This document shows positions 8,130 to 19,600 of a stretch of 52,319 nt of DNA, in pieces. Each line of letters starts with the position of its first letter. The first letter of the stretch is position 1. Source of the stretch: a virus (lineage: Duplodnaviria; Caudoviricetes); the IMG/VR virus record IMGVR_UViG_3300007539_000027, positions 1 to 52,319 of that record. One strand, 5' to 3'. The notes under the pieces were generated by a model. That model saw nothing but the letters and a program-made list of their open reading frames with translations. It did not search any database and was not told where the DNA came from. The position numbers and the translations under genes are program-made.

Positions 8130-9523
8130 CACTGATATCTGGTAGAGGTTACAGTAAATGCGCCAGTGTGACAAGTACCAGAGGATTGACCCTGGTGTCC
8201 TTTAGGTTCTGTTTTAAATCCACACATAACAAAACTATCGTTTGAATGGAAGATCTTAAATGTTCTGTTGTTTTGACGAGCGTTACCAGAACCACCAGAA
8301 CCAGAATAGTTACCTACACAATAACCCCAGTCCTGTCCCATTTCCATGTTTTCTTCACCAGAAGCAACATCAGTCTGATTAAAGTTAGAAATTCTACTTC
8401 CAGTATTATGGGTAAACTTCATCCACTGCTGAGTTACGTTGCCACCATTTCCGTGGTAACCAACGTTCCACTTAGTAGATAGCGATTTTTTCCAACCATC
8501 ACCACCGATATTCGTTGTGGACCAGTTACCAGTAGATTCTGTAGCAAATTCAATGTATCTTGAGTTACTTGTGTCACCATAAGAATAACCTCTGTTTTCA
8601 CCCTCAGTAGCAGATGCGTGGTTGTTACCATGACCTCCGCTAACTCTTGACATAATCTCAGACATAAAGTTTAGTCTATTCCAAGACTGAGAACCTAGGT
8701 CACCACCACCAGTAACGTATCCTCTTTGTGTGGTCTGACCAGATACTGCACCAGGGTCATCGCACGATGCATAAAGGTCCCAGGTAGCACCAATGCTATC
8801 AGGTGTGGTAGAATAGTTATCAGTGTGGTTGTAGTCAGGAGATGAACCAGCAGTTCTGCCTGTTCCCGTGTGCAAGTTAATAGAAGAGGTGTGTGGGGAG
8901 TTACTACCCCAACCGTTGTTACCACCATAAACATAACCGTTGTAGTCACTAAAGTTACCATCAACGTATGTTGCTGCTCTGTCTAGTTGGTCACCACGAC
9001 AAATAGTAACGTCTGTTGCGTGGAATGTTTGGTTGACAGTTCTCCATGGGTTAGCACCACGATATCCTCCACACAAGAAACCATGAGTGAAGATACTTCT
9101 GTATTTAAATTCGGAACCAATCGTAATGTTATAAGTGTTGCCACCACTGTCAATCCATTGTCCTTGACCAGAGAATGGTAGATATCCACTGGAAGGAGTA
9201 GATGGGTTTTGTAGGTTAGTGTTAAAACTTGGTGCGTTATCTCCAGTAGTAGCACCACCAGCAGGCATTGATGAAGTGCCGCTAGGGTTACCACCTACAA
9301 ATGCAGCAGTGGGTGATGCCCAGTATGCTGTTTGTCCATCAGAGAACAACTGTGATCCAGCAGTCTCTATTGATTGTTCTGGAAGCGAAGCGAATGGCTG
9401 ACCATTTCTAAGCAGACTACCAGTGAAATTAATATCACCAGTAATATTGGCACCGACCTCAATGTCGATTGATCCAGCACCAGCTATATTGGTAATGTTA
9501 TCTACCCTAATTTTGGACGCCAT
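8129..9523 (-). CDS. Virion structural / fibre-tip protein with probable beta-propeller C-terminal domain
   Basis: N-term MASKIRVDNITN; Gly/Ser/Asn-rich; repeated blade-like units THGFLCGG, YNGYVYGG, RGYVTGG, RGYSYG, VGYHGNG, WGYCVG. Confidence 0.6.
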   Translation of the reverse strand: MASKIRVDNITNIAGAGSIDIEVGANITGDINFTGSLLRNGQPFASLPEQSIETAGSQLFSDGQTAYWASPTAAFVGGNPSGTSSMPAGGATTGDNAPSFNTNLQNPSTPSSGYLPFSGQGQWIDSGGNTYNITIGSEFKYRSIFTHGFLCGGYRGANPWRTVNQTFHATDVTICRGDQLDRAATYVDGNFSDYNGYVYGGNNGWGSNSPHTSSINLHTGTGRTAGSSPDYNHTDNYSTTPDSIGATWDLYASCDDPGAVSGQTTQRGYVTGGGDLGSQSWNRLNFMSEIMSRVSGGHGNNHASATEGENRGYSYGDTSNSRYIEFATESTGNWSTTNIGGDGWKKSLSTKWNVGYHGNGGNVTQQWMKFTHNTGSRISNFNQTDVASGEENMEMGQDWGYCVGNYSGSGGSGNARQNNRTFKIFHSNDSFVMCGFKTEPKGHQGQSSGTCHTGAFTVTSTRYQ

Positions 9524-9544
9524 TCTGCTACCAGCTTTACACTA

Positions 9545-9889
9545 TTAATTATTTAGACGGTCAACAACCTCTTTATACTCGGTCAACAACTCCAAATACT
9601 GATCTTCTGTCAGCGACGTTCCTTCTTTCAATCCTGCTGCAACGAACTCTTTGTCAATAATATGACTTTCGATACTTGCTTTTAAGATAGATTCGGATCT
9701 AAGATCTGTTCCTGCTTGTTTTGCAGTTTTAACAGCACTTGGTTGTTCGTAGTCAACAATAATTCTACCTTCATCAATAACTAATTGTTCTACATGAAGT
9801 ACATTATATTCTTGAGCACCAACAGGAGCATATTCTAAAACTGGTGTAGTGATGATAGCATTATCATCGATCCATGCGTATAATTTCAT
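9545..9889 (-). CDS. Small hypothetical protein, possible fibre assembly chaperone; probable start ATG 9889
   Basis: TAATG overlap with upstream stop; acidic 114-aa protein directly after a fibre-like gene. Confidence 0.5.
   Translation of the reverse strand: MKLYAWIDDNAIITTPVLEYAPVGAQEYNVLHVEQLVIDEGRIIVDYEQPSAVKTAKQAGTDLRSESILKASIESHIIDKEFVAAGLKEGTSLTEDQYLELLTEYKEVVDRLNN
9550..9556 (-). promoter_or_regulatory. Late promoter motif
   Basis: Minus-strand CTAAATA about 27 nt upstream of ATG 9523. Confidence 0.55.
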
Positions 9890-10626
9890 TATGCTACTCT
9901 CCTTACCCAAAAACGTTTGTTGTCACCGTTGAATGCGTGATATCCAATCCAATCCCAGTTTCTACTGTTGTTAGTCCACTTGTTATAACCAATAACAAGA
10001 GATGAAGTATCACTACCAACATAGTACATGTATTTATTTGTAGGACCAGTGGTAAACCAAACTTTACCAGCAGGGTCAGCACCAGATCCTCCAAAGAAGT
10101 GGTCAAAGTAAAAATGACTTAGAGTTTGGTCAGCTCTGTTAAAGTTTGCAGAACCATCTGTTGCTCTATAGTGTGCTCTAAATTCGCTACCATAGGTAGA
10201 ACCATTTGGGTAGAGATACAAGTCAACGTTGGAAGCACCACCTGAAGATGTATACCACATCTCATACACAGCATTAGGCACGAGACCAGTTCTCATGTAC
10301 ATATCGTTGTTACTACTATAATAGTAGTGAACATCATTAAAGTTCTCAAGTAGAAGTAGGGGTTCACTAGAACCAGGGTCACCACGTTCAATAATATTTT
10401 GACCGCCGCCCTTGCCAATCTCTGCCCAAGTACCATTATAGTAGAAGTCTACCCATCCTTCATCGTTAATACCTACAGTACCCTCCTGTGGATTTGAAGG
10501 TCTATTGGAACTAGTCCAATGATTGACCTTCAATCTTCCTGGTGTGGTATCTAGTGTATTGCCACTGTAGAGATGGATATCATCATCTGCAAGACCTCTC
10601 AGTTCTTGCACACGTAAAATACTCAT
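9889..10626 (-). CDS. Virion structural / fibre-tip protein (245 aa)
   Basis: N-term MSILRVQELRG and WTSSNRPSNPQEGTVGIN...FYYNGTW joint motif typical of cyanophage fibre proteins; aromatic-rich C-terminal domain. Confidence 0.6.
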   Translation of the reverse strand: MSILRVQELRGLADDDIHLYSGNTLDTTPGRLKVNHWTSSNRPSNPQEGTVGINDEGWVDFYYNGTWAEIGKGGGQNIIERGDPGSSEPLLLLENFNDVHYYYSSNNDMYMRTGLVPNAVYEMWYTSSGGASNVDLYLYPNGSTYGSEFRAHYRATDGSANFNRADQTLSHFYFDHFFGGSGADPAGKVWFTTGPTNKYMYYVGSDTSSLVIGYNKWTNNSRNWDWIGYHAFNGDNKRFWVRRVA

Positions 10627-10652
10627 TGTGATAAAAGTCTCTGTGTATGATA

Positions 10653-10659
10653 TATTTAG
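10653..10659 (-). promoter_or_regulatory. Late promoter motif overlapping fibre stop codon
   Basis: Minus-strand CTAAATA about 27 nt upstream of ATG 10626. Confidence 0.55.
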
Positions 10660-13600
10660 ATGATCACGAAGGTGCTGGAATTTCCGACCGTTACGGTTAC
10701 CCCGTTAGCAATTTCTAGATCACCACACGCAAATGCGTTAGTGTTTGCTGGAACTGTGATACTCTCATTGAGAGAGTTTGGATTACTCTTGATAACACCG
10801 TAAGTATCCAACCATTGAGCAGCACCGTTAGCACGTAGTTTTCCAGTGACATTGATATCACCAGTGACTTCTAGTTCGTATTGTGGGTCAGCGCCATTGA
10901 TACCGACCTTAGATAGTCTGTAAATGTCAGTGCCATTAGTTGCTTCAGTCCATCTAGAAGTTACGAACTCTGCGTTGTTCTGGAATAGTTGACCATTGAA
11001 GTTAACGTCACCCTGAACATTGAGTTGATAGTTTCTAGTGATGTTTGCACCATCAGTTGTATCAACACCAGAGAAAGCAGAAGTGTTGATTGCAACTCTA
11101 TTGGTAGTACCCTTGATTGCAAGAGCTGGTGTTGCTTGATAAGTAGCAGCACCAGAACCGTCAGTTGCGTTGATCGCAAATACGTCATCTGCAATAACTT
11201 GGTTGGTGAGACGGAAGTTAGATAGATGACCACCAGAGTAAGATCCACCAGTTGCACCTTGTAGATATAGATAAGCTCCAGTGTTAGTGGTGCCTCTATT
11301 AACTGCCATGTACTCGGTGGCATGTACTTCGTCAGCATGGAGTTTATCCCATCTTACTGTTGAAGTTCCTAGTTCACCATAACCATCTTGCTTAGGAATT
11401 AACTGACCAGTTCCTTTAACGATCAGTACAGTGTTAGCAGTTGCTGCTGGAGCTTCTGCAACAAAGTAGAACGATGCTTGATCACTACCACTGATATCCT
11501 TCTTATACGCAATTCTACCGTCTGCGCTTTCAGCACGGAAGTCAAGAGCAGCAAATGTATTTGCGTCGCTGTTGGTATTTTGAATTAGAGCACCAGCAGA
11601 AGTTCCTGCTGCCATTCCAATTACGTCAGCAGCAACATCAGTTTCTGTAGAAGCATAACTTACATGCAGTGGGCGTTTTGCATTTGCTTGTGAAGTTCCA
11701 ATACCAACTCTGTCGTTGGTGTAGTCAACAGTAAATACGTTACCGTCAACATTGAGGTTGCGAGCAAATGCAACTTCTCTCTGAACTGTTAGTGTACCCT
11801 CAACATAGAGGTTTGAAGTTGGGTCAGTTGGACCACCAGAGTTAAGGATGTTCAGCGTTCCAGTCATGCTGTCGCCAGCTTTCAGAACGTTGAGTGATGC
11901 AGCACCAATTACTTGACCAGGAATACCATTGCCATCAGCAACTAGTGTGATATCATGTGCTTCAAAACTTCCAGTTGCATCACGCATAACAGCGTTTCTG
12001 ATGCTTGGGTTTCCTAGTGCATCATAGACGGTTGCACCATTAGCAGAAGTGAATACTGTGTTTCCTTCATGCCATGCAGGACTATTATTAACAGTAAATG
12101 AATTATTACTACCTACAATAATGTTTAGAGAACCACTGCCATCAGCAGCAGTACCACCAGAAGCAACAATTGCAGAGTTGTAGTTAGGAGCAAACTGCTG
12201 AGAAGAACTGAAGTAGATACCAGGAGATGTACCTGTATTAGCAGCAATTCTTCTACCAAGTCTTAGGTTTGCTGTACCAGAATCAACTTCAAGAGATGCA
12301 GCAGCATATGTATTGCTATCCGCAAGAGCATAGTCAGTCCATGCAGCATACTTAGTAACTGCATTAGAAGATGCAAGACCTAGTTGATATGAACCAGCAA
12401 ATCCACCAGTCAATAGAACTGCGGTTATAATTGTAAAATTGTTGGATGCATCTTGTGTGTCCTGTTGTGGATCTCTGTTGGTAATGTACATTGTGCCCAA
12501 TGCCTGAGCACCAGTAACATCGTAGATGTTGACCTGCTTACCACTATCAAAGATACCTCCATATTGAGAATCGTTTAGCAGAACACCATCAAATAGAATT
12601 TGATATGCTTTCTTACCAGATAGTAGAGAGTTACCAGATTGTGCTAGTGGTTCTTTAATTTCAATCTTAGTATCAAATGCCTTCTCTGACATGAAAGAAG
12701 GAAGTCTGCTATCAAAGAACTCACCTTCGTTAGTGTGAACAGCATTTCTATACCAAGCAGCAGTCTTATTCTTAAGTCTATAAGCGTCTGGTCCTTCAGG
12801 TCTTCCTGAGGAAGCGTCGTTACCAGATGTCCAAACTTTATTCCAATCACCAAACTGCGATACACCAAAACCAGTACCACGAAGGTAAATATTGGCTCTT
12901 TCATCATTACCAGTATCTGGGAGTGCAAGTTGCTTAATACCACCATATGAAGTATCAAGGTCAATACCGCCAGGTCTGATAGTTAGAAGTGCGTGCTTAC
13001 CAGAGTTACCTGTAGTAGCGTTCTGCAGTCCTACCTCAGGCCATTCTTGATATAGATTAGTAACGTTGTTGAACTTGTTCTCTACTGTCAAACCTGCGCT
13101 ATACAGGTTAGGAGCAGAGTTCGTTACGTCACCGCTAGTATCAGAAGTAATTAGTTTTGCCGATGTAGCAGTGCCTTCAATATCAATCTTATATTCTCCA
13201 CTTAGTCTATTCTTAGGAAGAGTACCTTTGATTTGGTTACTGGAATCTTGGTAGAATTCACCATCTCTTCCAGCAGATCCTAGGAATTCTGCAATCAGAC
13301 CAGATCCAGCACCAGTCTTGAGCGTGACGGATCCGTTTCCGTCTGCTCCGACAATAAACTGTGCCTTCTTAAGTCTTACAACACCAACTGTTCCATACTC
13401 ATCAATAGAACCTGTAGATCCTTCTCCACCTGCTCTAGCAACGTCAATAGAGACGTTTGCAAACTGCTTGGAAACAGTGGATCTTTTTGCTACAAGTTGA
13501 AGATTATTACCATTGCCAATTTCTGGTGGATCTTGCGAGATTGTAAAGTCTGTATCATAACCAGTACCAGGAGAAGTAACAGTTACTTTAGTAACTACGC

Positions 13601-16600
13601 CATTATCAACTCTGATGTTTGCCTTCAGACCTGTACCATTACCACCATCTAGTCCAACGTCAAAGAATACGTTGTTACCACCAAGATCAGAAGCATATCC
13701 ACTACCACCATTAAGAATGATAACCTGATCAATAAATTCAGATCTTTGTAGAGATGCGTCAAAAATTAGTGGAGAAGAACCTCTACTGAATTCTAGGAGA
13801 GTTCCTGCAGGAATAGCAGCAGTTAGTGGTTGATCAATTGTAATCGTTGTTGTTTGATCATCGGTAGATACACTATCAATAGATGTTCCTTGTTGTATAC
13901 CATTACCAGTGGCAAGAGTATGACCAACCAACATGTCACCATTATCATCAAATACAAGTGTGGTTGCGTTGATAGCAGCATTTGTTGCAAGAGCATAGAA
14001 GTATCTGGTTTCTGCACCCTTGATAGATTGTACTGTTTCTGCATAAGACTGGTCACCTCTTAGGAAGGTGAAGGAGTTTGCAGCAGTATCATTGTTTGCC
14101 AATCTTGCTGTAGAAATAATACCAGAAACAATCTGATCAGCAGAGAAGCTTGTAGATGCAAGAGATACCCAGTTGTTAATATCGGAAGCAGATGTGTTAA
14201 TAACACGATCAACATTAACCTCAACTGGTACAGTATCACTACTGTTAATAGCATCAGTTTCAAGCATCTTGATGTTATTAACAATGTCACCATACAGTCT
14301 GCTTTCAATGTTGGCATCTGCTTGTGCAGAAACACCGTTTGCACCTAGACCACCAGAGAAGGTAACCGTAGGAGCAGTGGTGTATCCGACACCACCTTTA
14401 TAACCGTTAGCAGTAATGATGGTGACAGAAACAACTTGACCACCTGCAATTTGTGCAGTGGCTTGTGCTCCAACAGCACCTGCTTGTGGACTACCACCAG
14501 AGATGTTAACTGTTGGTGGAGTGATGTAACCAGAACCAGCGTCAGTAACAACAATCTGATAGACAACACCTTGTCTATATTCAGTTGCTTGCAAACGACC
14601 ACCAGATACATCACCGATGAATACGTCACCGAGTGTAAACTGGATAGTAGGATCAACACCAAATCCTAGGAATAGACTGTCATTATCATTATTAAGAATG
14701 AACGAACCACTAATATCTTGTTGGATAGCAATGTCACCAGCAAGCGCACCTTCAAGTGCTAGTCTTTCCGTTTGATCGGCAACAGTATAGACATTGAATG
14801 GTCTTAGAGCAGGGATCTGGTCAATATTAATCTTACCACTATCGGTAAGTTCTACCAGTGCTCTAGGAACTGGGTTGGTAGAATATGGTTTGTTGAGGTA
14901 TGGACCCAGGTTGTTGATAATAAAGTTTCTAACTGCTGCCTGAGTTGGTAGTTTAGAGTTACTTGCGTTAGCACCACCAAGACTTTCAGATGCGTCGAAA
15001 CCAGTAACAATGACATCACCACCTCTGAGTTTCAAGAATTCAACTTCCGAGATGGTAACCGTACCAGTGAAGGTGATATTACCAGTTCTGTTTTCAATCT
15101 GAGCAAATGTACCAACCTTAAAGTCACCAAGTTCATCAGTACCTGAGCAGTAAACACGACCATAATTCTGTGATACCTGCTCAAATGCTTCAATCTTAGT
15201 ACCACCGTTTTCTGGTAGTGCATTGTAAGTAGTACCAGAACCTGCAAATTCCCAAGTGTGGGAAGAAGAGTTAACAATAGATGGTCTGTGTAGACGTACT
15301 TTTAGAGTTGTGCCATATGTTGCTTGATGATAGTTGACCAGTGCTAGGTGATCAATTTCTTGACCAGTCAATTCATCAACAAATCTTGCAGAACCAGCAC
15401 CAGATCCATCAGATAGAGTAACTTTTGCACCGAAGTTAGGACCTTCAGTTACAGAGACTGGATCAATATAGTCAATGAAGTATTCAATATCTGGATCATA
15501 TGTGCGATATCCGTCAAGTTTGACGATGTAGTGCTCAAGTGGAGATCTGCCAAGTTTAGTAATGCTGAATTCTGTTCTACCAGTAACAGATTCTGTTACC
15601 GTGTCAACGGTTGCTCTAACGTAACTCGCACCTTCACCAAATCCTTGGTCAAATTCATATGCCTCGTCTCTATATCCTGATGCTCTTAGAGCGTAGACAC
15701 CAAAGTTTGTAGCGGAGTTAGTGATAGATGCATAACCACCACTTTCAGCAAGAACGCCATCCTCGCAGAAGATAACGAAGACGGAAACCAACTGGGTGTA
15801 ACCATCATTGATAACTTTATATCCAGTACCACCCTGTGAGACAATAGTGAATGCAGATGCAACCATGGACTTACCCTGGTTGGGGAATTCTGCAGTTCCA
15901 TCAGCATTTAGACCAGCAAATGGACAGTTAGGTTGCTTGACCTTAGAACCGTCAATCAGAGCACCACTACCACCCAAGAAGGAGATAATAGAAGAGTTCT
16001 GAGTATATGGAGACGCTTCAATGATTGGGAAATCATCAACAACCGATCTAATAGTTGCGATATTACCAGCAGCATCTTCAATATAGAATTCTGGTTTTTG
16101 TTCGATGCTGGATGTATCATATAGTATTCCATAAGTTCTGGAAGTAGATCCAGCGGCGACTGTCTCATCTAGAATATCTTCTAGAAGATCCATTGCAGTT
16201 GTGATCGAAGACGCTACGTTATCACACAAAGGTGTGGTGTTGTAGAGAAGAATGTTCCAATCTTCTTTCTGTGGAATTGGAGAAGTTGTAGTTACAGGAT
16301 CGTAGATAACATATGTTTTATCTGTTAGAGCAGATACAAACGTATGTGCATCACCAGAGGCAGTTCCTGCATTTCCCACATTACATGTGATTTGGATTGG
16401 ACCAGAACCACTAACATTAGTAATTGGATAACTATCACCCCAGTTAGAATCAAATCTATCAGGACTTGCGTGTTGACCACCTTGGCAAGAGAATGTGATT
16501 GCTCCTTCAGCAAATGCAATTCTGTCGCTGGTAGTTGGAATACCATTAGCAGGTGCAGCAATTGTGACAGTAACATCACCTGTTGCTGGATTGTATGTTG

Positions 16601-19600
16601 CAGTTGTGGGAGTTGCTGCTTCTACAGTTCCATCAGTCCAGTTGCGGATTGCTTGAATTACAAGATTTTTGGTCTGCTGGAAAGCATAGATGGTTTCATC
16701 TCTTTGTGCTTCGGGGATACCAGTTAGAGAAGTACCAGTAAAGTAGAATTCTGCAGCATTGACAATACCAGCGTTGCCACCAAGACATAGATCTCGGATC
16801 AAACCAGATAGGACATGGTTGATATCTCTACGGCACTTTCTCTCGTTAACGTCACTGAGACCAAGAGAAGGATACTGAGTTTTGGTGTTGAGGTATGCTT
16901 GATCAGCAATAAGATCTCTGTTAGCAGCAATAAGATATGCTGCATCTAGATAAGTTCCAGATGTGTTGTTTGTAATAACATCAACAAAGAGATATGCTAG
17001 AGTATCGATAGCAGATGCTACGTTTGCACAAGCAGGAGTTGCTGTGTCATCAATGATAGTTGGGTCAACATATGGAATGAGACTGGTATACTCAGCAGCA
17101 TATAGTGGTTGTGTTAGAGATCCATCTCCAACTCTCCACTTTCTCATAGCAAAGATCATTAGTTCACGTACATATTCAAATGCACGGACAGTCTGGATTA
17201 CTTCATTGTCAACAAAGCCAACTTGTGCTCCAGTGATGTATCTCTTGGCAGCTCTGATAGTGTGAATATTGCTACCAAATTCCAAGTCCTGTAGAATAGC
17301 GTTGATAAAGTGACCGATGTCTCTACGGCACTTCTCATCACTAACAGGAATACTGAAACTTGGATAAACCTTCTGTCCAAGAGAACAACTTAGAAGTAGG
17401 TTCTCGATCTTGACGGTTTCATCTTCTGCAATAGAAACAATTTGATCAAGAGTTACAGTTGCTTCTCCAGTAGTGAAATTATCCCAAACAAAATTATCTA
17501 CATTATATGCAGTACCACCTACGGTTACAGTACCACCGCTAATATAAGTATGGGAATAAGTGCTACCACCAAGGAAAATCTTAAAGGTTGTATTTAAACC
17601 TACGTTAGTTACATCGTAAACGGAGTAGTAGAACTTAGCAAATTCTGCATTTACTTTTCCTAGAACTTCATCGGCAATGTAGTCGATGTTGTTTCTAATT
17701 TGTAGGCAAGCATCTTGGAACCTTCTTGCAACAGGAGGTGTTGCCTCAAATTTGTTTGGAGAGTTAAGTAGAGAGAACGTTACCGAATGTGATGCATAAG
17801 AAACCTTAGCATTTGATCCAGGTTGGAAGTTATCATTTCCATTAAGTCCTAGTGATGCAGAGACTTTCTTGGGAAGAACAAATCTTCTGGAACGACCGTC
17901 TGCATCTTCTATAACCTTGTAAATTCTTTGATATCCATTTAAGAAAGAAAGGTCTGGAGAATTAGTTGGCATTCCTTCGATGAAAATTTCATCGCCTTCT
18001 TTGAAATCGTGAATACCAGTAAATCCTAGAAGTTGGTTTGTATAGAATACAACACCACCAACATCATCATCGCCACCAAATCCACCAGTAAATGTTCCTT
18101 GTTGAGTAAAATCTAGACGAACGATAGAGAGTTTTGTAGTGGTATCTGTATCGTCAAATACAACCTCACCTTCTGGACGTGTAGAACGGATCTGTTGTGA
18201 GTTAAACAGATATGTTGTTCTAATATGTGTTAGTTCAACTGTACCAAGAGTTACCACACCTTGATCGTGGACTGGAGCACCAGTTGCGGGAGATGTACCT
18301 GCTTGTGTAACTTGATACGTATGTTCTGGTGTCCATACGTATGAATTAAGTGGATAAAATGTACTGTTTGCATACAGGGGAATATGATCTCCCGTAACAG
18401 GATCTAGACCACCATATCTAAAACGATCGGTTTGAGTAAAATTACCTGCTTGTACAATGAATTTTGCTTTACCAGCAACAGCAAAGTCTGGTTCGTTAGT
18501 GTCGGTTTCATCAAATGTAACCGCTTCAATAATACCTTGAGATGCACCGACAGAACCACGAACAATCTGACCAGCAGTCAATTGTGCGGGATAACTAGTA
18601 CCAATTGCAATACCAGTGTTTCCTGTGAAGGTAGTTTCAAATTTTTGTACAGCAAAATATTGCTGACCAATTGGCCAACTAAATCCAAAATCACCATTAG
18701 TAGTCATGTCATATGTGACACGCTGCTTGTCATCAAAGACCATCGCATAGTCCCATGTATGCGCTGATCTTCCAGTAGTCTGGTTGATATAATCTCTATA
18801 AGTAACACCAATAACGTAGTTCTTATCGCCAAATTTAAAGATGTGCTTATCTGGATTTTCTGGTCTGATAATTACCAGACGGAGGTTATCACCAACGATG
18901 GATGCATCTGGTGGAATAGAAATAGGGTTATCTTCAACATAATCACCACCAGAAATGATAATAGATTCCTTAACTCCAGGAGTTGCCCATGCTAGTTGAC
19001 ATGCTCTCTTAATGGTTCTAACAGGAGCAACAGCCGAGCGACCGTCGTTAGCATCGTTACCAATCTGTTGAGAAACATAAATTCTACCACCAACGTCGTT
19101 TGTTGCTAGGTTAAGGACGTACTCTGTAGTAGCGATCTTATCAGATCTATCTCCTAGTTGGGGTGTGATAGAACGTGGGAATACACCACCTTCATCACCA
19201 GTCTCATTGTAGAGGTAACCATTGGGGTCTACAATTCTAAAACCAATGTGTTTAAAGTTAACAGTACCATTCAGTTCAATTCCATCAGTGTGGATGGGAA
19301 GTGATGAAGAAGTAGTACCATTATTTAGTGCTTCATAGATATTGTTACCAGCATAACGGTAATCACCTTTTGCTAGAGTGGTTGGGTTAGATGTTAGTTC
19401 AATACCCGTATTGTTCATGTAAGTCTTGAACTGCGGACCACGCAATTCAAGGTCAGGCGTGATAAAATTATCAACGTCCATGTTGAGAATTCTCGCCGTA
19501 TCAGAAATGATAGACGTGGACGTTCTAATAGCACCATTAATGTCAAGTTCATAATCAATGGTGTCAAGAATTGCTTCTGCAGTAGCACCACCACCATTAC

